Assembly: GCF_006345805.1 (NCBI RefSeq)
Contig: NC_043016.1
Coordinates: forward strand, 17,298,001 to 17,362,000
Direction of reading: 5' to 3'
From: Octopus sinensis
Taxonomy: Eukaryota
Length of the DNA: 64,000 bases
The notes under the pieces were generated by a model, which saw only the letters and a program-made list of their open reading frames with translations, was not told where the DNA came from and made no database searches. Positions 11,001 to 23,609 of this stretch are shown in pieces. Within the stretch, counting starts at the first letter, position 1; every line of letters starts with the position of its first letter. The position numbers and the translations under genes are program-made.

Positions 11001-12967
11001 TGGCCGTAGCCAGTACCGCATCGACTGGCCTCTGTGCTGTGGGCACATGACAAACACCATCCGATCGTGGCCGTTCGCCAGCCTCATCTAGCACCTGTGT
11101 CGGTGGCACATAAAAAACACCATCCGAAGACCCGGCAAGACTAGTCAGGCCATAACCCATGGCCCCTACCTGGGACGTAGTCAGTCCACCTGTGCACACC
11201 TTCCTTCTTGTGACACTTGTGAAGACCTGTTGAGGCAAGTGAAAATAAAATCAAAACAAATCAAAATAGATGAACATCAATGGAATCTGTATCTTTGTGG
11301 TACCAGTGCCGGTGGCACACACTTTGTGGTACCAGTGCCGGTGGCACACAAGAGAACCATCCAAACGTGGCCGTAGCCAGTTCCGCATCGACCGGCCTCC
11401 GTGCTGTGGGCACGTAACAAACACCATCCGATCATGGCCGTTCGCCAGCCTCATCTGGCACCTGTGTCGGTGGCACATAAAAACACCTTCCGAAGACCCG
11501 GCAAGACTAGTCAGTCCACCTGTGCATACCTTCCTTCCTTCTTGTGACACTTGTGAAGACCGGTTGAGGCAAGTGAAAATCAAATCAAATCAAATCAAAA
11601 TAGACAAAATAGATGAACATCAATGGAATTTGTATCTTGTGGTACCAGTGCCTGTGGCACACAAGAAATCCATCAGTGCCATAGTCAGTGCGGTGGGCAC
11701 ATGACAAACACCATCCGATCGTGGCCGTTCGCCAGCCTCATCTAGCACCTGTGTCGGTGGCACATAAAAAACACCATCCGAAGACCCGGCAAGACTAGTC
11801 AGGCCATAACCCATGGCCCCTACCTGGGACGTAGTCAGTCCACCTGTGCATACCTTCCTTCTTGTGACACTTGTGAAGACCTGTTGAGGCAAGTGAAAAT
11901 CAAATCAAATCAAATCAAAACAAATCAAAATAGATGAACATCAATGGAATTTGTATCTTTGTGGTACCAGTGCCGGTGGCACGTGGCACATAAGAAAACC
12001 ATCCGAACGTGGCCGTAGCCAGTACCGCATCGACTGGCCTTCGTGCTGTGGGCACGTAACAAGCACCATCCGATCGTGGCCGTTTGCCAGCCTCATCTGG
12101 CACCTGTGTCGGTGGCACATAAAAAACACCATCCGAGCGTGGCCGTCTGCCAGCCTCGTCTGGCACCTGTGTCGGTGGCACAAAAAAACACCATCCGAGC
12201 GTGGCCGTCTGCCAGCCTCGTCTGGCACCTGTGTCGGTGGCACATAAAAAACACCATCCGAGCGTGGCCGTCTGCCAGCCTCGTCTGGCACCTGTGTCGG
12301 TGGCACATAAAAAACACCATCCGAGCGTGGCCGTTTGCCAGCCTCGTCTGGCACCTGTGTCGGTGGCACATAAAATCACCCACTACACTCTCGGAGTGGT
12401 TGGCGTTAGGAAGGGCATCCAGCTGTAGAAACACTGCCAGATCTGACTGGACTGGTGCAGCTTTCGGGCTCCCCAGACCCCAGTTGAACCGTCCAACCCA
12501 TGCTAGCATGGAAAGCGGACGTTAAATGATGATGATGATGATGATTATTATTGTTATTATTATTATTATTGTTATTATTATTATTATTGTTATTATTATT
12601 ATTATTGTTATTATTATTATTATTGTTATTATTATTATTATTGTTATTATTATTATTATTGTTATTATTATTATTATTGTTATTATTGTTATTGTTATTG
12701 TTATTGTTATTGTTATTGTTATTATTATTATTATTATTATTATTGTTATTATTATTATTATTATTGTTATTATTATTATTGTTGTTATTATTATTATTGT
12801 TGTTATTATTATTATTATTGTTATTATTATTATTATTATTATTATTGTTGTTGTTGTTGTTATTATTATTATTATTGTTGTTATTATTATTATTATTGTT
12901 GTTATTATTATTATTGTTGTTGTTGTTATTATTATTATTGTTGTTATTATTATTATTATTGTTGTTA

Positions 12968-13010
<43 letters not shown>

Positions 13011-16000
13011 GAAACCTTTTAGTTTTTAAAATATTAATTACCAGTTACCGATGTTAATGCCATATGTTATTATTTTTGCAACATAAAACAGGAAATGTTT
13101 AATTTACATTGCAAACGGTGTTGGAAAACCAGAAGAATTATGTCATCCACTTATTTCAGATGAAGTTTATCTCAGCCACTCCATTCTATGCCTTCTTGCT
13201 TAGCTCATCTTAAACTAAATGACATTTTGTCTCTATTCAGTGGAAGATGATATTTAATAATCATTTATTTGACTCAATAATTGACTTATTCATAAATTAT
13301 TTTAAATTGCAGAAAAATGGTTGTTAATAAGCTTTTCAAGATGAATGATAGAAAATTTGTAAAAATCAATGTGCTGTTATGATATTTAGATGGAATTTTG
13401 GCTTTTAGGAAGTAATTTTCATCAGATAATTAATCAGAATGAAAAGCTAATTAAAATTCTTTGAATCATATTATTAGCCTCCCATACATACATACATACA
13501 TACATACATACATGCATAATTGCATACATACATACATACATGCATAATTGCATACATACATACATACATACATGCATAATTGCATACATGCATATGTACA
13601 TACATACATATATACATACTTCTCCTTAAGGAATTTATTGTGTAATATGTAATGCTTTTAGAGGCTATGAATTTTGCCTATTGATAACGAGGAAAAAACA
13701 TTAATAATTTTGATAATGACATTAATAATGCCCAGATAATAATCAGAAAAGAAAAACTCAGATAAACAACTTAGAATTGTAAGAGGGCAATGTTTATATA
13801 GGGACTTATTCATTACTTTCTGATTTCAAATCCCACCCAAGTCAACTTTGCATTTCACCCTTCCAGGGTCAGTAAAAGACCAGTAAAACACAGGAGTGAA
13901 TTCATATTTCTACACTCTCAGAGTGGTTGGTATTAGGGAGGGCATCCAGCGGTAGAAACCTTGCCAGATCAGATTGGAGCCTGGTACAGCGTTCTAGCTT
14001 CCAAGTCCTCAGTCAAACTATCTAACCCATTGCCAGCATGAAAAACGGATGTTAAATGACGACGACGACAATGATACTGATGCTTCCTTGATGTCTAGGG
14101 TAGTGAGCTGACAGAATCATTAGCACACCAAGTGAAATGCTTGATGGTATTTCACTTGAAGGCGTCGAGCTGGTAGAAACGTTAGCACGCCGGGCGAAAT
14201 GCTTAGCAGTATTTCATCTGCTGCTACGTTCTGAGTTCAAATTCTGCCGAGGTTGACTTTGCCTTTCATCCTTTCGGGGTCAATTAAATAAGTACCAGTT
14301 ACGCACTGGGGTCGATATAATCCATTTGTCTGTCCTTGTTTGTCCTCTCTGTGTTTAGCCCCTTGTGAGTAGTAAAGAAATAGGTATTTCATCCATCCAC
14401 ATGACCTGAGTTCAAATTCTGCTCAGGTCATCTTTGCCTTTCATCCTTTTGGGATTCATAGAATAAGTACCACTTGACTACTGGGGTCAATGTAACTGAC
14501 TTAACTACTCTTAGGTAAGAGTATAAAAATTGCACTCCTCTGTGAGGCCATGTTGCAGAGTAGGCTCATCAAACCAGTATGATCTCAATCTCAAATCCAT
14601 GGCCACCACATTGGACCATGTTTGGTGGAGAGAACATGCTAGCCTTCATCCTGCAGTGGACTCAACATAGGCAATCCAGCTGAGGCCAATCCAATGCATC
14701 CTTGATATGAATGGAATTATGATAGAAGATGAGGACTAAATTTGTAGAAATTGTTAGAAAGAAAATGTATGAGAGAACATTGGTTTATGTTTAGATGTAT
14801 TTCTTTTTTACTTCTTGGTCATGGTTGGATACCTTTAAACGTTAAGCCTCAGTGACATGTTCAATACTTCAGTCTCTCACTTTTAGGACTTATGAAGTTT
14901 AGTAAATTTCATTATGATTTGACTATTTGCAATGGTCAAGAAAAGAGAGTTTCTAAAACAATATTGATTGTTAGAGAAAAGATGTTTTATTGGAAACTTA
15001 CGTATTGTGATCTTTTGACAATGGCTTTTAAGAAATATTTGCTTCTTTGTAGAATATTTTACATTGTCCTGTATTGGTTTGGACCCTGGGTTTGTTGACA
15101 TTCCCAAGTGTTTGACTCTATGTTGTAAAGGGAAGAATAAGAATTGCACTGATATTTTTTATTACCGAGTAGGAAGAGAAAGGGAAGTGTAGAGTCTTCA
15201 AGACTGGCAGGAAGGAGAAGAAATTTTTGGTGTTAAAATGGGCATGTAATGTCATTTCTTTGTAAACTTATGTTTATGTTTTGTGGTAGTGAGTATGGGT
15301 CATGCAGGTATAAAGGTAAAAGGACAGGTGAGATGATTAATCCTTGTAGTATGGAAAATTGTAGATTCCAGACATGTAAAAAGAAAACTGCAAATGTTTG
15401 AAAAATCTACACATAGTTTCTCTACTTTCTATCTTTGACTCAGTGCTCAAGCTAAGACGTTTCTGAAGTCTATGATTTTTGTTTAATAGGCTTCACAAAC
15501 ATGTTCTTATATAAATTTCAACTTGCTGTATATTAAACTTAGATAAACTTTTTTTAGGAGCAGATCACATCAGATATTTCTCATCATAAATCAAGCCACA
15601 CCACTAAAACAAGAAGTAGAAAGCAAGGAACAATATCAGATAACTAGAAGACAAGCTAAACTTTAGATTTATACGTAGTTTGGACAGAAGTTGAAAATAA
15701 AAGGTTTGCCAATGTTCTGCGATGAAAAGATCGTAATTCTATTGTAAGGTTAAGCACAATTTTGCTGCAAGCTTTAAACCTTGTTTCAAATTTAGGCACA
15801 AGGCAAATAATGTTAATGGGAAGGAGCAGAGCTGGATTAAGACCCAAGAGAGAAAATAATGTTTATTTTTGTATACTTGCACTATATTTATATTTGAAAA
15901 GTTTCCTCCTACTTTTTTGAATTGCAAAGTCTTTGATGAGATCCTTAAAATTAATCTCAGGTAACACATCTGCATCTATTATTTAGTAGAAGTAAACACA

Positions 16001-18792
16001 TCCTGAATATTAATTCTAGAGGGACAATGTTCTGTTAGTTATATGCTTGTTTCATGCTGTATAGTTATAAATGATACAGTCTGTTGCATGGTTGCTTAGT
16101 TACCATGTTGTGGTGTTGTGATGTATATGGTGTTGATGACCATCACCATATGGTCTGGTTGGATGCATGCATAATAAATGAAACAAACTCACAAACATTC
16201 AATATATTTATTGATAGAAGGATTTATTGTATCAGCCATCTAGAAAAGAAAAGAAAGATGCAGACAACATAACTGCCTGCTGGGAGGAGAGGAGTGTGCT
16301 GTGTCTTGTTGAAGGCTGACCGAGGTACATTGTGTGTGAGCGTTTGAAGTTGTCTCTTGCTTGAGGTGGTGTGTCCGAGGTGGTCTGCTTGAATGCTCAA
16401 GACAGTCTGCCTGGTGCCCAAGATTGTCTGCCTAGGTATCCAAGGTGGTCTCTCTCTGTGATTTAGGCACCAAATGGTTTAAGTAGGGTAAAAAGAGGTT
16501 AAATCTTAGAACATCTACATTATGCCACATCTTCATGCTGATTGGTCAATTTATAGACCAATCACGTAAAACTGTGGTGGCATACTTGTGATCCCAAGCT
16601 GAATATATCATGGTTAGGGTCCTGATCCTAACTATTTTTTTGGAGGTATTAAATGTCAGATATGTTAGTCAACAGTTTTCAGGCGTGCTTTGGAATTTTT
16701 TTTTTTTAGTAGGCATTGCCAATCATTGAATAATGGAACTTGTTGCAGGATAACCGTTTTTGTTCACAATTTTTGAAGTACATTTTTATATGGTTCAATA
16801 AGCAGACAATTTCAAAAGGTTTTTTAAAAAAATTTTGATGTTTGGTATTAGTCATATTTTCAAAATCTCTGTAAAAGTTAGTTCTTCTTATAGACCATAG
16901 TACTTTAGCATTTTTAACCTTGTTTCTTCTTCCCAAATATATTCTGAGAGCAAAACTGTTTTTACTTATTAAAATCCATGTAGCAGCTGCTTATGTTGAA
17001 ATGAAAGATTCCCTTCATGAAGCGTCTGATTTTTGGCAATTACCTTCCAATACTGACACAGAACTGTTCACACTGGTATTTAAATTACAATTTGTGGACA
17101 TTAACATCATTGGTTACAAGTTGCCAGTGAGCCTATCCCTGATTGGCTGCATGCTGACAGTCAAAGTGATAAGGAAGTGTCACCAGATTCTGTTTTTTTC
17201 TTTTTTTGTTGTTCCTTGGTGATATTTATATCCTTTGCCAATAAGCGTCAGCAAAAAAATATACACAGACACGCACACTCACTCTTTCATACACATGTAC
17301 GCACACACGCACACACTCACACACTATATATATATATGAACATACATATGTATCACTTTTAATTCTATCTCTACAGATTTTCTGAGCTAGCACCGAAAGT
17401 TATGATATTTCATACACAAATATGTCTCCGTAATATATTACGGGTGCAAAACAAAATATGGGATCTTTACCAGTAATTAATAAACACACACACATATATA
17501 TATATGTGTGTGTGTTTATATATATTTATACACTTGTGTGTGTGTGTGTATATGTGTTTGCGTGTATATACACAAACATACACACATATACATACGAGTT
17601 TTCTCAGCATCTGTTTACCAAATTCCATCGAGGCTGTAGTAAAAGACATTTGTCGATTATGTCATTTAGTGAGATTCAACTTAGGTCCCTGTCGTTGCAG
17701 AACGAACTCTGTGCTTCCGAAAGACATGTCTACAAGTTTTTCTTTTGTTTGCACAGCTTGCCACAAATCACATATTTTAAGAATGAAGAAAGTTCTTCAT
17801 ATAAATAAAGGCTTCACTGATATGTGATATGTTGAGATAATGCCATACAACACTCTCTTCAGAAAAGCATGTAAGAAAAACTTATCAAAGACACTTTAAA
17901 AGATCTGCCTCATTCATTCACGACACATCTGGTTTTTCTGTCAGTTGTTCAGACTAATAAATTCTTAAAAGGAAATAAAAAAGAAACAACTTCTACAAGT
18001 ATTTGTTCAGACTAATTTACTCTTAAAACAGTTTAAATTTCAACACCCACCCACACCACTTAGCCAACATTCATTTTCACGTTCTACATTTGGGTATCTG
18101 GTTACATTCAATAATAAAAATCTCATTATTTCCCCTACATCTAGCAGCATTGTTTGTATCTATGAGAAGAAATGCTGTTCTGTGAAGCACAGTTTTTTTG
18201 GCCTCCCATCAAACTCGCTCTGCCATCACTAATAGACTGAATCTGTCTTTTCTATCAAAATCGGTCATATTCATTTGCAGACATTTGCCATCAGATTTAG
18301 TTAAGCAGGGGATTGGAAGAAGTGGCTGAGCATTGGACAAACTACCTGCATGCATAGTTATAGTTCTTTCTTTTTTGGGGGGTGGGGATATCTCAGAGTA
18401 CACACACGAGTCTGTAAGCAATAGCATTTAAATATTGGGTTGACAGATGTCTGAGGCTGTCCAAAGGGTTTTTCAAAACAATATTTATATGATAATGGTT
18501 TCAAATTATGGCCCAAGGTCAGCAAGGTGGGGCCAAGTCAATTACATCGACCCCAGTGCTCAACAGGTACTTAATTTATTGATGGCAGAAGGATGAAAGG
18601 CAAAGTCGACCTCAGCAGAATTAGAACTCAGAACCAAAAGACAGATAAAATGCTACAAAGCATTTTGCCTGTCATGCTTATGATTCTGCCACCTTATTTA
18701 TATAAGGAGTGGCTGTGAGGTAAATAGCCTGCTTACCAACCACATGGTTCCATCAGTCAGACAATCCTCACCATGAAAATGAGTGAGTGAGT

Positions 18793-18828
<36 letters not shown>

Positions 18829-19686
18829 CTTTATTGCTTTTCAAATATTTTTTAATCCAACTTTATTGATTCATATTGAAACTGAAATGAAATAATTATA
18901 ATTAGGTTATTTAAAAAAAAATCTTTGATATTTAATAGTGCAATAATTTATATCATATATATTAATAACATACATGCACACATACATACACATACATTCA
19001 TATACATGTGTGTATAATTAATTTAGCAAAGACCAAAGTATTAGTAAGTAGGAAAGCAGACATATTACTAATCCCTTCAGGGAAATGGCCCTGTTAGATA
19101 TGTAGAAAAGTTGTAGGTAGAAATTCTATACAGTGTACCCGGTGCAAGCTAAGGACACACATAAGAGGTGCAGTGGTAGTCTTTGTGTGTAGCAGATGTG
19201 CAAGAACAACAAGCACAAAGAACCCATAGGAAGTAAGATTTCCTGCAATGTCCAGGAGGATCCTTAGAAGTGGTAGGCAGTTTCTGTTTCATAGGTGACC
19301 TAATTAGCAGTGGGGGAGGATGCTCTGAAAGTATAGTTGCCTGAAATAAGAACTGGTTGTAGAAAATTCAGTCATTAACCCTTTATTTCACAGTTATGGC
19401 AGATACCAGTGTCACACAAATGGCACCCGTGCCAGTGACACATAAGAACACCCATTACACTCTCATGCAATATTCTTTATTTCATGCTGCTCCTGTCCAC
19501 TCAGCTGGCAAAAATGAGTAGTACCTGTGATTTCAAAAGGCTGGCCATGTTACATTCAGTGCTGAGAACTACATTGAAGGAAAGCATATCTGTGGAGTAC
19601 TCAGCCACAGGCTGTTCTGTTGGTCAAACAGTTGGAACACTTGTTATCATAATTGATGGCATGCCAGGTGGTGTGTGTGTGTGTGT

Positions 19687-19728
<42 letters not shown>

Positions 19729-20641
19729 AAAAAAAAGTCAAGATAGAAAATGCTAAAATAATTTTATAAAAAACATTTCAGTACCGGTTTCAGTCATTGA
19801 GACTTTTTCAACTTTAAGTATGGAAAACAATTAAATTTAGAAAAATTAAAAAAAGTTTTTTTAAAGGAATATTTGCATAGTGTTCAAATACAAGTGGCAT
19901 TTTCCTTGTTTCTGCCTGTCTCTATATATCCAAAATTATGGAATGGGGTTCTGTTAGCTAGGAAACATATGTAGCCTGGATTTTTTTTTTTTTTTACACC
20001 ATTCCCTAATTCTGGAATTTCTATTCACATACACAGCAATCCCAGTTGCTAACCATGAACTAAAAAATGACTTTTTTTCAACTTCTCAAACTTTGATATG
20101 GGAAAAATTTATAACCATCTCCATCAGTAAACTACTATTCTTCCTGAAAGCTGTTTTTTTTTTATACCTTCTATAAATTGCTTGAATCTTATTAACTTCC
20201 TACACCTTGATCCTTAGATTTTACCATTACATATTGCTGTGTGTGTGTGTGTAATCAACAGTAACTCAGAGTTAAACAACACACACACACATGCACATAC
20301 CCCCCCCCCTCACACACACACATGCACACTCAAACTCATTTACTCTATTTATGAATTTGATTGTTTAACTCAGTGATTCTCAGCTGGGCTCCACATAACC
20401 CCTGGAGAGTCACATGACCCTTGAAGAGTCACATGACCCTTGGGAATCCACATAACATTTTGCAATAAAATTGGTTATATTTCTGCAATGCACAAAATGG
20501 CTGTGTGGTAAGAAGCTTGCTTCCCAACCACATGGTTCTGGGTTCAGTCCCACTGCGTGGCACCTTGGGCAAGTGTCTTCTACTATAGCTGACCAAAGCT
20601 TTGTGAGTGGATTTGGTTGATGGAAACTGAAAGAAGCCCAT

Positions 20642-20682
<41 letters not shown>

Positions 20683-23066
20683 GTGTGTGTGTGTGTGTGT
20701 GTGTATGTTTGTGTGTCTGTGTTTGTCCTCCCAACATCACTTGACAACCGTTGGTAGTGTGTTTATGTCCCCGTAACTTAATGTTTCAGCGAAAGAGACC
20801 AATAGAATAAGTACTAGGCTTACAAAGAATAAGTCGATTTGCTCGACTAAAGGTGGTGTGCCAGTATGGCCGCAGTCGAATGACTAAAATAAGTAAAAGA
20901 GTAATTCTTAATAATCCCTTTTTTCCATAGGCCTGAAATTTTTGTGGGAGGGGACTAGTAGATTACATTGACCCCAGTGTTTCACTGGTACTTAATTTAT
21001 CTTCCCCAAAAGGATGAAAGGCAAAGTTGACCTTGATGGAATTTGAACTCAGAACAGGCGAAATACCACTTAGGAATCAAAGGGCTCTGTAGGGAACAAA
21101 ATGACTGAGAAACGTTAGTTTAAAGTATGAAAGCATTTATACATGAGGATGATGTTTGTGTCTTTTTGTTATCCAATATTTGGAACAAGCAAAAGAATAC
21201 AAGAATTGGTAATGGATTATCCTTGTTCTTTTGTTTGTTTCAGTCATTTGATGGTGACCATGCTGGAGCATCACCTTAAAGGGTGTTAGTCAAAGAATTT
21301 GACCCCTAGACTTATTATTTGTAAGCATAGTATTTATTCTATTGGTGTCTTTTGCTGAACCACTAAGTTATGATGACATAAACATACCAACATTGGTTGG
21401 CAAGCAATGGTAGAGAAACAAACACAGACACAAATGCATAAATATATACATACATACAAAATCAAATCAATCCAAATCAAAATAGATGAACATCAATGGA
21501 ATTTGTATCTTTGTGGTTCCAGTACCGGTGGCACACAAGAAAACCATCCGAACGTGGCCGTAGCCAGTACCGCATCGACTGGCCTCCGTGCTGTGGGCAC
21601 AACAAACACCATCTGATCGTGGCCGTTCGCCAGCCTCATCTGGCACCTGTGTCGGTGGCACATAAAAACACCATCCGAAGACCCGGCGACGTAGTCAGTC
21701 CACCTATGCATACCTTCCTACTTATGACACTTGTGAAGACCTGTTGAGGCAGTGTGTGACACCTACTTATGACACTTGTGAAGACCTGTTGAGGCAAGTG
21801 TGTGACACTTGTGTAGACCTGTTGAGGCAAGTGAAAATCAAAATCAAATCAAATCAAATCAAACCAAATCAAAATAGATGAACATCAATGGAATTTGTAT
21901 CTTTGTGGTACCAGTACCGTTGGCACACAAGAAAACCATCCGAACGTGGCCGTAGCCAGTACCGCATCGACTGGCCTCTGTGACGTGGCACATAACAAAC
22001 ACCATCCGATCGTGGCCGTTCGCCAGCCTCATCTGGCACCTGTGTCGGTGGCACATAAAAACACCAACCGAAGACCCGGCAAGACTAGTCAGGCCATAAC
22101 CCGTGGCCCCTACTTGGGACGTAGTCAGTCCCCTGTGCATACCTTCCTTCCTTCCTGTGACACTTGTGAAGACCTGTGAAGACCTGTTGAGGCAAGTGAA
22201 AATCAAATCAAATCAAATCAAAATGGATGAACATCAATGGAATTTGTATCTTTGTGTACGTGCAGGTGGAGGGGCACACAAGGAAAACCATCCGAACGTG
22301 GCCGTAGCCAGTACCGCATCGACTGGCCGTGCTGTGGGCACGTAACAAACACCATCCGATCGTGGCCGTTCGCCAGCCTCATCTGGCACCTGTGTCGGGG
22401 CACATAAAAACACCATCCGAAGACCCGGCAAGACTAGTCAGGCCATAACCGTGGTCCCTACCTGGGACGTAGTCAGTCCACCTGTGCATACCTTCTTCTT
22501 GTGACACTTGTGAAGACCTGTTGAGGCAAGTGAAAATCAAATCAAAACAAATCAAAATAGATGAACATCAATGGAATTTGTATCTTTGTGGTACCAGTGC
22601 CGGTGGCACACAAGAAAATCATCCGAACTTGGCCGTAGCCAGTACCGCATAGACTGGCCTCCGTGCTTTGGGGACGTAACAAACACCATCCGATCGTGGC
22701 CGTCCACCAGCCTAATCTGGCACCTGTGCGGTGGCACATAAAAACACCATCCGAGCGTGGCCGTCTGCCAGCCTCGTCTGGCACCTGTGTCGGTGGCACA
22801 TAAAAACACCAGCCGAGCGTGGCCGTTCGCCAGCCTCGTCTGGCACCTGTGTCGGTGGCACATAAAATCACCACTACACTCTCGGAGTGGTTGGCGTTAG
22901 GAACGGCATCCAGCTGTAGAAACACTGCCAGATCTGACTGGCCTGGTGCAGCCTTCGGGCTCCCCAGACCCCAGTTGAACCGTCCAACCCATGCTAGCAT
23001 GGAAACGGACGCTAAATGATGATGATGATGATGAGTGATGATACATATATATACACACACACACAC

Positions 23067-23103
<37 letters not shown>

Positions 23104-23554
23104 AACCTTTTAAAACAAGCCTTCTGTAGTTTTTTCACTTTTTACTATTTTCTATATATATATATATGTATATAAAGTTAGAATTAACAAAAAGCAAAAG
23201 ACGAAGACAGGTGTGTAAACAACAAACAGGTGTATTAGTTTAATGCTTGGGAAGGTGAAAAAGTCTTTTACGTTTCGAGCCTATACTCTTCAGCAGAAAG
23301 GAACACGAGAAAATAAACAGAGAGAGAATAAAAAAAAACGTTTTAGTGGCCAGCGGTCAATATATATTGACAATATTGTAAATAAGGATTATCTGAAATA
23401 TCAACAGCATTACCTTTAATTCTATAATTATATTCTGCCTTTTAAGACCAACACATGTTTCATTTGCACCGATTAGTAATCATTACAATTGCAACTCCAC
23501 TGTAAAACGGTGCAGTCCCTTCAGGGTTTTGGCTTGATATCCCTCGATATGGCT

Positions 23555-23609
<55 letters not shown>

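Noticed and set aside
10689-12525. Many overlapping 90-160 aa ORFs and a CRISPR-like regular repeat appearance
   Set aside because: Tandem RTE 3' UTR units. The intervening segments are homologous to one another rather than unique spacers, there are no cas genes, and the context is eukaryotic.
12526-13029. Poly-Leu (153 aa) and poly-Ile/Val ORFs
   Set aside because: Translation of an ATT/GTT microsatellite. TTA and TTG are both Leu.
16130-16529. Possible solo LTR (TG...CA with AATAAA on the - strand)
   Set aside because: No matching target-site duplication found.
16920-17222. 100-aa ORF with a possible acceptor at 16983
   Set aside because: The only plausible donor gives phase 0, and there is no homology signal.
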